DNA of 49,594 nucleotides, filler included, from Sphacelaria rigidula (Eukaryota): assembly GCA_964200075.2 (NCBI GenBank). It is 3 parts of 3 records of this genome, joined end to end, with 100 filler letters (N's around TTAATTAATTAA, not from the genome) between each part and the next. Parts side by side here need not be neighbours in the genome. Positions count along the whole stretch, not along the records: positions 1 to 16,469 come from CAXNAA020001348.1; positions 16,570 to 33,034 come from CAXNAA020001349.1; 1 more part is not named here. One strand, written 5' to 3'. Below the pieces are notes generated by a model. That model was given only the letters and a program-made list of their open reading frames with translations. It ran no database searches and had not been told where the DNA came from. This document shows positions 11,700 to 23,640 of the stretch, in pieces; the stretch's first letter is position 1; each line of letters opens with the position of its first letter. The translations under genes and the position numbers were made by a program.

Positions 11700-14600
11700 T
11701 TAAAATGTGCGTTTCTTGAAAAGCGACACATCCCGCTGAGACGCCTGTGGGCTGGGTTCTTCACGATTTTTTGTCGTGGTTGCGCTTGACGCGTGCTCAA
11801 TATTCCAAGAGCGGTATCAGAGTATGAAGATTCTATATGTTTATTGGTTATTTCCCGAACGCTGACGTTTTCAGTCGAAATTTCACCCACCGCCAGATCA
11901 TTGTCACAGCAACAGACCACAAATGCGAACCAGTGGCCGATTTTGCAGTGTCGGGACAACACGCACGGTAAACACCGGATTCAGTTGGGGCACTCCAAAA
12001 TGTTGTGGACCCAAAATCCATAAGTTCCAGAGGCGGGAACATTGCGCAAAGCTAGGATGAATAGTTGGATCTGCGATTCTTCACCAATATGGTTATGGTT
12101 GCTCCAGTCCATCTTTGACGAGAATAGTTTAACCCGCAAAATGATATATTCGTGAGATCCCTGACGAAGGGCTATAAGCTTCGGTCAAGAGCAGAAAGCC
12201 ATGTGGACCAATTCCATCATGGCCCATGGACTTGAGCAGCTCTCGCTAATCGTTTATGGATCCTTAGCTGTTCATTATATCGGACAGCGGGGTCCCAGCC
12301 TTTCTCCCGCGGAGTAAAAACCGACCTCACATGACATGGAAAAGAAACACTCACAGACTCGACCGATGAGACCCGCAGACCTATGCTTCACAAACGAGCT
12401 GTGAACACGCCTACTACGCGTTGGTGCCCTCAACCAGTTGTGAACACGTCTACTACGCACTGTTTCACCTACATCATATACCTGACGGAGGTCGTACTTG
12501 TAGCAAGAGTCTACAGCACCTCCAAAGTTCACCCACAACCAACAAGTAGTCAAAAAAGAGATTGATAAACTCAGATATCGTTGTTGCATAGCAACGCCAT
12601 CGTTTCCCACATGAAAAAGCAATCCCTGCCGCTGTTTTCGGTGACAGCTTCATTCGATACTGTCCGATTTCCGAACAACTTGCAACAGATCCAAAACTAT
12701 AGTCCATCGTAAACTCGCATTCACGCTAGCGCCAAATTCACAATGATGTGTCCAAAACAAGTTTCTCGGCTTCACATCGGCACACAACCTCAATGGCTAG
12801 CGACCGTCAAATTCCAAAGCTTTCGTGACTAGGTGTCTCTCTCATACGAGACAAGGTACCTTCAAAGATACAAAATGTAGCTTTTGTAAGGTCAACACCT
12901 GAGGGTAATTGGGGCGTGTCTTCCACGAAAGCAGCAATCGTTGCTCGAACGCGATTGTTACCGACAAAAACACTCATTTACGCATAGTGATATCACGTTT
13001 GAACGCGAGTTATCGGGTACACTCCAAGAAACTCCAAGATATATCATACTCGGATTCTGGGCCGTCAGATACCCTCCGTGAATGTAGAAATATGAGGCGA
13101 ATGAATAGATCAACACTCCCGCAGCCCACCTGCAACGCTCTTTTCGAACACATGGACACACCATCCGTATGCTGCTTGCAAACAGAAGTGAATAACCATC
13201 GAAGCACTCGTCCAAACACGTGACACTCCATAAAAAAACGTGCCACGGTCGAAAAAAACGATGCTTATGCGCACCAATTTCGAGTACTCGGTGACTAGAA
13301 ATATTGACCTTATAGCTGCTCACATACGATCCTACTCATTTCGTAGCTTCCGCTCATTTTTACTATATAAGCGGCAATCAGCATTTTCTACAGTCAATAC
13401 GTGCAAACCGCATCACGGTGATACGGTCGAGTGTTTCTGCTAAAAATATGTACGAGCTTCACCTCGTCCAGCATACAGCAGTATATTGAAAACTGCCTTA
13501 CCATGGCTCTTCACCAGACACCATGCACATCAGTAACATCCGAGCGACAAATCCACACTCGTATGCAACTATTTCACCCAGCACACACGATGCCACCTTA
13601 TCCGCAGAAACCGTGATATATCATGCGTGCTAACAAGAACAGCACAACACACACGTACCAAACATCCGCGTGTACACCAGCATTTTTCCAGCACACGCAA
13701 TATGACCATACTCGCTCAACCGTCATGCTTCATGCGCAAATAGCAACACAAACATGACCAGAAACCACACCAACGCAAACCTACAACCGTCCACGAAACC
13801 ATTCAGAGATATAAGTCACAATGTGTTCCTCATTCCCAACAGGCACTCGATCACACCACTCCTTGCTCCTCAACAATCATCTAACTCGGTGCTCACCACA
13901 TCAAGCACCTCATATAATGCCTTCCTCGTAGTCGTCCAATTTGTTCCTGAGACACCGCAGCACTCGAACCACAACCTTGTGCACACCATGGAGCAGCGTT
14001 TCCACGCGAACACTCGGTCCGCGCACCATCCGTTCAGCTACAGCGTGAACCGCCATGGTGCCGCTCAGCTTGCCACCAAAGGGTAAATCCACATCGCCAA
14101 ACCAATGCGACATATCACCTACCCCAGCTGATACTTGCGCATTACAGAACAAGTTCATCAGTCGATTTTCCAGGAGGTACAAGAGGCGGAACGGGAACAG
14201 TCACACAGTCCCGCGCAGCGACACCTCCCGATGGCGTTTCACCATCCTCCTCGAACACCTGATGGGAAGGCGGCAGAGACATCTCATTCAACACCACCAA
14301 ACGCCTCAACGCTGTTCATGTACACAGCAATGCACACGTCCACCCTAACACTACGCACCGCTTGACGTCGCCGTAGGAATCGTCATCGCTAATAGCATGA
14401 CAAGCCTGAAGCTCGTCATTCATCCCTGCTTCACGAGGTATGATCCTGTGGCTTCGAGCATGCCAGCGTGTCTTCAGCTACACGCCGCTCCCGCGGCAAC
14501 TCCGCTAACCCGGTATCCACTCTTTTTTCATTTAAACAACCCTGCGAAAAATCTAAACGATATCTCGCCGTATCACTGGGGCAGATAGATTTGCAATGAG

Positions 14601-15700
14601 CATGGCGAGCCTCAAGCTCGCTTGTTCGCTCGCATCACGCGAATAACACATCCTTCCGCTTCGAGCATGCAAGACATGTTCTCAGCTACAAGCTGTTCCG
14701 GCGGCAACTCCGCTCACCCGCCATCCACCTTTTCTTCCAGCAGACAGCCCTACAAATCATCCATAGGATCTCCCGCCATATTACTGATGCAGATAGATTC
14801 GCCAGAGTATGGAGAGTGCAAAATTCGCTTTGGTCGCTGGCATTACGCAGATGACACACCTCTGCAGCTTCGAGCATGCAATTGTCTCTTTTTCTACACG
14901 CTTTTCCGGTGGCAACAAGTAACTGGGACCTTCGCTTTCCAGCGCTTGCTCATTGGCCCATGTACACTTCGCTCTTTCAATATCAACGGCAGTAACAGCA
15001 GCAGTATAGTCCGTACTCACTTCAGCGCTCCTTGACGGCAACAGCGGCAGCTATACTGCCTCCTGCGCTCTCATGCGACTTGTTCGCCCTCTCCAACAGC
15101 AAACCCAGCAGCGGCCCCGCGTCATTTCTTCAGAGACGGGCGCGGCCTGCGCTTTCGGGGACAACCAACACCCCGACCGTCACTATCTGCGGTTCGAGCA
15201 CCGCGCACCACACCCGAGAATGCATAATACGCGTGCATGCTTGCGCAACACAAACAACATTTTCTCGTGCCCAACATCATGGACATCATTCAAGAATGTG
15301 GCACGCGAACATATCTCAGTATGTTCGGGCATGTGGTCGGAAACCGCTTGCTCCTGAATAACGTTCCACCCTGCGTCACGCACATTCGCCTCGTGTAGCT
15401 CACGAATATAGCGGCAGATTTCTCATTTGGAGAATGTGTGATCAAACCATGGCATATCCCGAAACCGTAATCGCCCCACACCACCCTTGTGATGACGTCA
15501 TATTGTTGCGGCGCATAGACAACATGACCGTCCACTGCAACATATGGCTACACCCCGTCAATCTGGACGGCCGAATAAGTGTTGTTACCTCCACGCTTCT
15601 CATCAAGCGCCAAGCCACCATGATATGCGCACATCATAAACTGTTACAGTTAATAATGCAGCAATCGGCACTGCGTTTTCGAAAAACAAAACGAGCTTGC
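11700..15700 (-). pseudogene. Highly decayed DNA-transposon coding relic: piggyBac-like DDD transposase with SWIM-like and YqaJ-like segments (tentative)
   Basis: Manually translated minus-strand fragments in order: GGLALDE (~15605), FLNDVHDVGHEKMLFVLRKHARVLCILG (~15215-15295), 3 x ~207-bp module, YCVCWKNAGVHADVWYVCVVLFLL (~13635-13705), FGRVLR..KRALQVG and GYLTAQNPSMIYLGVS (~13030-13225), WVNFGGAVD (~12510-12535), Cys-rich RCLPCVLSRHCK..VCCC (~11900-11980). Many stops and frameshifts; boundaries approximate. Confidence 0.4.
14400..14925 (-). repeat. ~207-209-bp tandem triplication
   Basis: GCTTCGAGCATGC..CTACA..GGCAAC recurs at 14451, 14658 and 14867. Confidence 0.8.
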
Positions 15701-16212
15701 CTCGCAATCGTAGGGACAGCAACGCTTCCCAATCACCAAGACGCTCTGTGACTCCATGCAACGACGACCACTATGCCTCTTCCTCACGGAGTTGTCACCA
15801 CAGTTTTGACTCCTTAGATTCCTCTTCTTTACCGCGGTTGGTCAACATTGAATCAGGCCCACAGGCAGTATTTGCACCGCGTTTCGTGCACCCCTACGGG
15901 CTCACCAGCTGTTGATTCACCCTCCGCCTCGCGCACGAGCGATACCCCCGCCCGCCCTAGCGCGACCTCAGAACCTCCCTAGCTCTGCCAGCCCCTGTCG
16001 ACCTTCATACATGCCTCACGCTGATCTTGTTTAGTGCAAACTAATCAGGTCTGCAGAATTCCTCTCTTTGTGTGCCAACTACTCCTTCAGCGGGCCTAAT
16101 AAACATTCATCATAGACATACATCACTCTAGGCCAGGCAGCAACGTGAACCCCTCTCATCATGGGCACATAGCCTTGATCAGCTCCAGCTAATTCATACA
16201 CTAACCCTTAGA

Positions 16213-16326
16213 TGCACGGGTGGCTACTGGGGTGCCTGCAACCTCAAATTTGGACGTCACAGACGTTGCACAAGGTCTTTAACGTTCAAATTAGAGGTTA
16301 CAGGCACCCCAGTGGCTACCTGTGTG
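16213..16326 (+). other. ~114-nt foldback hairpin (pre-miRNA-like or MITE remnant)
   Basis: TGCACGGGTGGCTACTGGGGTGCCTGCAACCTCAAATTTGGACGTCACAGAC pairs with GTCTTTAACGTTCAAATTAGAGGTTACAGGCACCCCAGTGGCTACCTGTGTG across a ~10-nt loop. Confidence 0.85.
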
Positions 16327-16469
16327 TTCATTATATCGGAGAGCAGGATCCCAGCCTCTCTCCCGGAGACTGAAACCAACCTCTTACAGCATAGAACAAC
16401 AAATTGTGAGAATTGAGGTTTAACCTTGAGATGAGGCTCAAGCCTAAAACAGTGCTTTCCCCACACTTT

Positions 16470-16569
16470 NNNNNNNNNNNNNNNNNNNNNNNNNNNNNNN
16501 NNNNNNNNNNNNNTTAATTAATTAANNNNNNNNNNNNNNNNNNNNNNNNNNNNNNNNNNNNNNNNNNNN
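16470..16569. other. Artificial contig linker
   Basis: 44 N + TTAATTAATTAA (stops in all six frames) + 44 N. Confidence 0.98.
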
Positions 16570-17249
16570 ACTTATGAGCCTCTTTTTTCGTGCAACCAAA
16601 TACCCCCCCCCTATCGTAGGATGACTCATTTTGTTTAAAACCTCCACGCGTGGCAGACTTGTGCCGTTGATACCTGCAGCACTGCTACCACGCGTTAGCC
16701 GTGCCCTACCACTAGCTGTTATGATCATTATTATTTATTGTAGCCGTTGAAATCAATAAACAAACGGAGAAAAAACGAGCGATCCTATCTTCCAAGCAAT
16801 CGTGAAATCTCGAAATGTTTAACGTGCCGTCTTGTTTTCTTGCTGGAAGGTACGTTCCATGGGCGGTGCCGCCAGGAACCCACCAGGAACCGCCTCAAAA
16901 AAGACGCGAAAAACGCGCATGAGTCACGTCTATTTCACCAACATACGCATAATGAATCGGCGCATGATATTCACTTTTGAACGTAAAAATATAGGAAAAA
17001 AAAACTTCCTAAACAAACAAAACGCTCATAACGAGCAAAAGCCTAGATGTATTTCGGATTATTGAAGTATTGTTGTGAGATACGTTTCTTAGGAAGTTTC
17101 AAGAGGAAGGAACGTTATCCCGAGCGGAAAAGAGGACACCCCGCGGGAAATTGAAATGGCCCGCGGCAGATAGGCTTGATATGTGGTTCTCAGGGCTGCG
17201 GATGAGAGTTGTTGATCCCCTCGAGGATCATTCCCTTTTCTTTCCCATA

Positions 17250-17340
17250 GTCGCCGGGGGAGAGATGGCATGACCCCTCGAGACCACGCACTCGTCCCGA
17301 GGAGGGGGAGGGGTTCAAAGTGCGACAAAAAAAGAAAGCC
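17250..17340 (+). mobile_element. 3' tail of the SINE-like family
   Basis: GGGGGAGAGATGGCATGACCCCTCGAGACCACGCACTCGTCCCGAGGAGGGGGAGGGGTTCAAAGTGCGACAAAAAAAGAA matches 2905-2985 and 47500-47580. Confidence 0.6.
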
Positions 17341-17399
17341 AACTTTAACTTCACTCGCTGTGAACAAGCTGCCCAGGGCAGGCATCAATCTCTGAACAA

Positions 17400-17545
17400 A
17401 CACGACGTTGTGGAGGCACTTCAGTGAGGCAGAGTCCCTGAGGAGGCCGAGCTTGAATAGTTCTCCACACAGGTTGTCAGTCCCAAAAGCCTTGCCGTTT
17501 ATCAACTCGCCCGATGCTTTCTTTCTGCACTTCTTCCATCGAGGG
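17400..17545 (-). pseudogene. Non-LTR (LINE) ORF2 fragment just upstream of the RT domain
   Basis: SMEEVQK /frameshift/ LINGKAFGTDNLCGELFKLGL..LKCLHNVV matches the LINE EEV..KAPGPDG..ELLK motif. Confidence 0.75.
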
Positions 17546-18499
17546 CTTGGCCGCGAACGCTACGAGTACGTTCCCCGGCGTCTGTTCGATGGCATCGATC
17601 TATATATTTTAATTCAATGCGTTTTCTATAATTCGATACAGAGGCTTACCCCACGGACGTGAAGCCGGAGCCTGACGACAGCCAAAACGAGATCGAGATC
17701 GCGCTGCATCAAAGTCGCAAGCTTAGGCACGGCTCTAGGGCCCAGCGCTTAGTGAAGGTACTACTGTACATATCAGGTGAGAGCACATCATACATGCTTT
17801 GCAATACCGACAGATTCGTGATGTGCTCTACAACACTGTAGCCCTTCCGCACCTGTGTTGGCTGTCTAAATGTTGTTCCCAAGGTCTGTGCAAGCGCCGC
17901 AGGAAGGCAGTGCCGTAACAAACCACCTCACAGGGTTCATGTACCGTGAACTGAGGATGACAAACAGAGGATCCGTACGATGAGCCAGCACCAACACTCA
18001 CTTATCCGACCTTTCGCGGGAACTACTGCACAGCACAGACGGCACATTACAGCACATGCTACTTTACTGGAGATGATCCTCGATGCTCAAAACCCCGTAC
18101 ATATATAGCTCCAGCAAGGCCGTACATGGTGCACGCTATCGCTTTAGATCAATCCACTATACTCTACGAACAATGCTATGGTAACTGTTCCTGCGATATC
18201 GTCGAAGTGGGCGTGAAGCCACTTGAGAGCGTGGACGATGTTGCCTTAAAATACTGTTCTGAAAATACTATGACGACCAGCAGCACCCAGTGTTGCGCGT
18301 CGTTTAATGTCACGTTGTTTGCCACCCCTATCAATAACAATACACGGCGAAATCAGCAAACTCGGCGAGGCATGAGATCACGCCATGTTTGCCTCCAACC
18401 ACGGAAAATGTCTGTTGCTCCCTTCTCCAAGAAGTCCAGCTCAATGACACTTTGCAGTACAATAACTGAACATCGATATTTCTCAATCGCGGGCAGAAC

Positions 18500-18880
18500 A
18501 GCATTCTGTAATTCGCGCGAAGGACCCAGGAAGCCTCCCGACGGGTTCCCCTATACGTGGAAAAGCTCAGATCGCCCTCGAACTTGGCAGCTCCGCAGTT
18601 TTTGGTGCTCCAAATGGAAAAAACACAATGTTGACCACGGCTTGACCCCTGGGGGGTCAGTTAAAGTGCCACAATCAATCAATCAAATCATTGATGACAG
18701 TATCACAATGTTTCTCCGCTCTCGATGGGCTGCCGGAGGTTCCAAGTTGATAATCCCCGGAAGGCGGTGTAGAACGCCTCGAAATGAAACACCTATTATG
18801 CACCCGGGAATAGTCCACGGAGCATGTGTACAAAGTTTGGTCGCGAAACTCGAAGACGTCGTATTGTTTTTCTCGCATTA
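18500..18880 (-). repeat. Dispersed non-coding repeat, inverted homologue of 23320-23640
   Basis: Reverse complement CCAAGTTCGAGGGCGATCTGAGC..GAGGCTTCCTGGGTC matches CCAAGTTTGAGGGCGATCCGAGC..GAGGCTTCCTGGGTC. ACCAAACTTTGTACACATGCTCCGTGGACTAT matches ACCAAACTTCGTACATGTGTTCCTTGGACTAT. Confidence 0.8.
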
Positions 18881-21800
18881 AGTCGAAAATAACCGAAAAT
18901 TACTTGACCATTTTGAGACAATGCAGTTGGGAGTTTGCACGTTTTAAGCTTAGTTTGACAAACCATACGTCTCCCCCCACTGATGAGATGGCGTAGTTTC
19001 GATATCCGCGTTGCCTCCCTCGATAGCTCGCTTCGAATACCCTGCGTTTGCAGTGTCAAATTTGCAGCTACCTTGACATGTAAAATAAGGGTTAATGTCG
19101 CAAGCGGCATCTCGGATTCGGCGTCTCCACCCTCCTCTCAGACTGCCGCCAAGACGCTACGCCATGAACGAATCGAGCGGGAAACGTGCACACTTAGCTA
19201 CCGCCATTCTGATTGCTCCTGGACTGGAAAAGGTCATCTAAGGGACGCTAGTCTGGTGAAAAGGCCCACGGCTCTCCCCATACGCGAGCGCTGGACACCA
19301 AGTGCAGCACCATGTGAAAAGCTTGCTTCGGTTGGCCGTCTCATATTATGAGTTTTAAATATCATAAATAGACTCATAGGCACACCCCATACCCCGTCAC
19401 TGGAAGGAACCGCACCCCAAAAAATCGAATTTAGATATCAATATCAACATACGTCATGATCGGTAGTGGTCAAAGCCGCCCGAGTTCGACGGAGAAAAGA
19501 TCACACAAGAGAAATGAAACAGTGTTCCAATGCAGTGCGATAGAACAAAAAAAAGCTCCATCACAGTTCGGAGGAATTACAAGCGTTCCATGCCCGTGAC
19601 ATCATTGTTCCATCCACGTTCGCACGACAAACAGAGGTCCGTGCTGAAATGAACTAAAAGTAGCTCCACAGTGACTCTGCCACCGAACATGACGGCACCT
19701 CAGGCTAAACAAACCACACATGAAACACAAACACTTTCATCACCATGTTGACTGATTCCCGTACCAATGACCACCAGGGTGACACATTACCATTAAAAAA
19801 ACTACCGCGAATTACCGTGGTGGCTGGATACCTCGGTTAACATAACCAACCTCAAAAAGGCATACCAAAGCGGCTCCACGCCCATAGTATCGTGTAACCT
19901 CTGCACACTGATCCAAATTCTTCGCGTTGAATTATATGACGTCAAACCACCGGTCATATCATCTGTCACGAACAGAAAAAAACTGAGCAGTTGTGATTGG
20001 TTGCCGAACATATGGTGGCATATCTCTCGATATACCAGGAGTCGGAAATGATCTGTAGCTTGCATGAAAGCCCTGAGTATGCCCAACAGATATATGATAC
20101 ATTTACTACTGCCCATCGCGACGACATACGGCATGAAGTTGCTCCTAAAGATGGAGCGAATGCTGTGCGAATCCGGCGCTCCGTGGCGGTGTCTTTCCGC
20201 TCACATGGTCGTGGCCGCTTGCCTGGGTGGTAGCTTTACTGCTGGGACGCGTACCGTGTTTCGGTGCTGAGGCCACGCTGTTTATAGAAGAGGTTACTTT
20301 ACCGGCGTGTGGGTGATCTAGTGATGTGGGGCAAAAACGGATCGGGACATTGTGGTGCGACAATCCGAGGGAACTTTGATCAGCGGTATGAAAACAACCT
20401 CTCCGAAAAAGGACTGCAGTGTTATTGAGATGATTTGTTTGGCGATTCAGCCCCGGTTTTCGCCGGAGTACAGGAGTAGTAGAGGTAGTAAAGGGCTTTG
20501 CAGATAGTGCCACCTCGGGAAGGGCGGCCGGCGTGTTTTCACCTGTACAGAGAGCATCACAGAACGTGCCTTTAAGATACTGTAGAACATGTTCCACAGC
20601 AAGTCTGTGCAGACCCGCCGGTCCGAATCCAACGAAAACACATTTTTGATATCCACCCGCCCACAAAAGAGACGACGCATCATGGCGCGCGTGAAGTACA
20701 CTCACGACACGGGCACGCACAGCACCACAGCTCACACATACATGCACAGACGAGCCAGCAGCAACAGCCCTTCAATTTACCGCACATGCCTTGCAGAGAG
20801 GAAACCCAAGCTACTCTCATGTGTGCAGATTGATTGCTTCTGGTGAATGCATAGTCCGGAGACATCGTAGTACCGCAATCATTGTTCGCAATACAGACAG
20901 AATAACATGTTGTAATATCTGCAGTACTATCAACGTGCAGTACCTACTTATGTACGTTGTAGTAAGGCTCATTATTATCGAAGAATTGCTCTTGTAGAGA
21001 AGTTCTGAAATTTTTGAGAGCTCCAAGCGGCTCATCATCTCAATGTTTCGGATATATATTTGTTTCGCATGTCAGGATCAGAATGGAAGCGGAAAAGGGC
21101 GATAGCGGTATAAATTTCACGCTGAAAGAAGCATCACCTTTCCAGCGTCAGAGCCCTGTTTGGAGCACTATACACTAAAATCCGATGTACCTCTTGAGCC
21201 TCCAGTACGGAACGACAGGGAGGCACGACCACCCACCCACCCCCCACCACGTTCACAGCCAGTGCACAACCAATGTACCCTGGTATTCAAAGCGGGACAT
21301 GCATCACAACCGTCAACCTCGTCACTATGGCCTAGTCACGAAGTAGGAACGCTTGGCATTGCAAACAGGGGGCTTTCCTGTCGCCGCCATGGTGTCAGCA
21401 TTCGATCGGTTGTGTTGCGTGAAATGTAAATGCTCGGCGTGTACAAGACGTTGCCTTGTGTACAGCTCCTCACTCTTGCCGGCCTAAGATGGCAGAAGAC
21501 GGTGTGAGCGATTCGTAGTCTACAGTGCGCGAACAGAGCTACACCTGGCTGCACTGCCAATCCGATAGAGGTCATGACGTCTTACACGACCTTTATGGGT
21601 GGCATCTTGCGAATCGTTGCATTGCGGCTTTTTCTGTGCTGCGGAAATGCTGCCGTGCTGTCTCTATGGCATCGCTGTACTTAACCGTGCCGCAATGTAC
21701 CGTAGGGTTCTACATTGCACTGTACTGCACTGTCTGCACTGTATACTGCACGGCACTCAAGTGCCCTGTAGTGCAGTGAAGTAGTGCAAATGCAGTGAAG

Positions 21801-22011
21801 TGTAGTGTGGGGTACGTCTTGCAGGGTAAGGTACAGCACAGACTCGCTTCTGCTGTACAGCGCTGTGTGAGCCTATACATTTTCGGACCGGATGCTGGTC
21901 CATCGCACACTTGGCGGGGCAGCCTGTGGCCAATCACCACAACCCCAAAATTCCATGCCAATCCATGTCACATAAGCTTCCGTTTTGAAATTGTCCGCCT
22001 CCACACTAACC

Positions 22012-22097
22012 GGTCGCCCTGGTGGCTCAGTTGGCAACCTCGAAACCTTCAGACGGTTGGGTCGTGGGTTCAAATCTGGGAGCGATCCGGGGTTTTT
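22012..22097 (+). pseudogene. tRNA-like sequence (pseudo-tRNA or SINE head)
   Basis: A box TGGCTCAGTTGG (22023), stem AACC-TTCAGAC-GGTT, B box GGTTCAAATCT (22067), GGTCGC/GCGATC end pairing and a T5 run at 22093. The cloverleaf is imperfect. Confidence 0.6.
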
Positions 22098-22611
22098 CCT
22101 CACACCATGCCCAACAGTGGAGAGTGACTATGTCGTGGGTACACAAAAATCGACCTAACTGTCGACGAGGGAAATGGACCGCTGAACCCCTCTCTCGAAA
22201 ACAAAACAAAGGCAAGCACCGCAGAAGGAAGGTGGAGAACTAAAACAGTTACACACAAAAAAGCTCCTGTGTTGGCCTTCCTCCTGTGTGACCCCGGCTG
22301 GTGCGTCCACATATACCGAGAGGTGTAAACTGGCGTCTCGAATAGATGGGACGACAACACACACACACACAACACACACTGAAGTTTCACGAGCCTCCAC
22401 TTTGAAGTTGTTCCAGTCTGATTTTGAAGTGACTTCCGATTTCTCCGAAACTCTCTATGATCGAGTTCTGCCGTTGCTGTTAGATATCTCATCACGGATA
22501 CAGGGCTGATGTCGCCGTTGGCTTGCCTTAGCCGGCACAATGAAGGACAGGATGGTGCTGCCTGCTTGTGTACGAGCTGGTTCACGCTCATTACCCAAAA
22601 AACACTCATCG

Positions 22612-23232
22612 GCAAAAACGTCACGCCGCTTTGAGAATTTAGACCCTAAAATTTCGCACAACTCTCCAAGAACGAGGTTTTTTTTTTGCTTCAGAACTTT
22701 CCCACCGTTTCTCGGCGGTCCCCATTTTGTCGGGGAAACACCGATCCAATCGGACCCCCCGTAAAACGGTATTTTTTTCTCCGAAAAACCTCGTTCTTCC
22801 AAAGTTGAGTAATCACCCATAGAACAGCTGTGCAAAATTTCAGGGTCCAAATCCTTGAAACGACGCCAGGTTTTTCGCTTTGCGGTAAACCTTGGCGTAC
22901 CGGGGTGAAGCCGCAAACTTCTTGATGTTTGTACCAAAACGGCGTGTTGGGGCCTTCTTTGACGTGAACATGATAATTCAAGCATCAGTTGATCGAGTTA
23001 TGCGGCGACAGATCGGGTGAAGAAGTGAAAAATATATATCGTGGTGCCGGTTTTCCGGGGTCCCAAGATGAAGACTACTTCTGAAAACGACTTGGATCCC
23101 GTCGGACCCCCGAAAAACGGCGAAAACTCGAGAATTGAAAAAATGTCGTCCGTAGATGGTCGCGTAATGATACATAACATATTTGTGCAAAGGTCCAGGG
23201 TCTAACTCCTAATAACGGCGTGGAGGTTTGCG
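22612..23232. mobile_element. Non-autonomous TIR element (MITE-like), ~600 bp
   Basis: Left CACGCCGCTTTGAGAATTTAGACCCTAAAATTTCGCACAA matches the reverse complement of the right end, CACGCCGTTATTAGGAGTTAGACCCTGGACCTTTGCACAA. No coding capacity recognised. Confidence 0.6.
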
Positions 23233-23319
23233 CGTTTGTGGAAGACGTGGGCTTGAAACGTGCAACTCCTAACTACTTGGCTTTAGCATGTAAACGTCTT
23301 ACGTGGTGAACTATATGTC

Positions 23320-23640
23320 TAGGCAAGAAAAACTGTATGGGGTTTCCGAGTTTCTTCACCAAACTTCGTACATGTGTTCCTTGGACTATCTCGGGACGCA
23401 TTCTTCATTATTTTTCTGTTGGGGCATTCTCTACCGCCTTCGGGAGGTCTTCATACCGGGACCCCCGGAAGCCGGTAGAGAACGGTGAAACCATGAAATA
23501 TTATCGAGAATACAATTCTCCCATGTGGAGCATCAATACCTACGGAACTACCAAGTTTGAGGGCGATCCGAGCGTTTTTACAATAGATATAGAGACACCA
23601 TCAAGAGGCTTCCTGGGTCTTTCGTGCGTATCATTGGTGG
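23320..23640 (+). repeat. Dispersed non-coding repeat, homologue of 18500-18880
   Basis: Shares the blocks quoted for 18500-18880, in inverted orientation. Confidence 0.8.

Noticed and set aside
16689-16715. Helitron-like end (CACG..CGTG hairpin then CTAG)
   Set aside because: The stem is only 4 bp, CTAG is followed by C rather than T, and no matching 5' end is visible.
18126-18881. 251-aa ORF
   Set aside because: No recognisable domain. Its second half overlaps a dispersed repeat whose other copy does not keep the frame.
21710-21810. Inverted (CACTG)/(CAGTG) pentamer tract
   Set aside because: Low-complexity simple repeat with imperfect pairing; uninformative.
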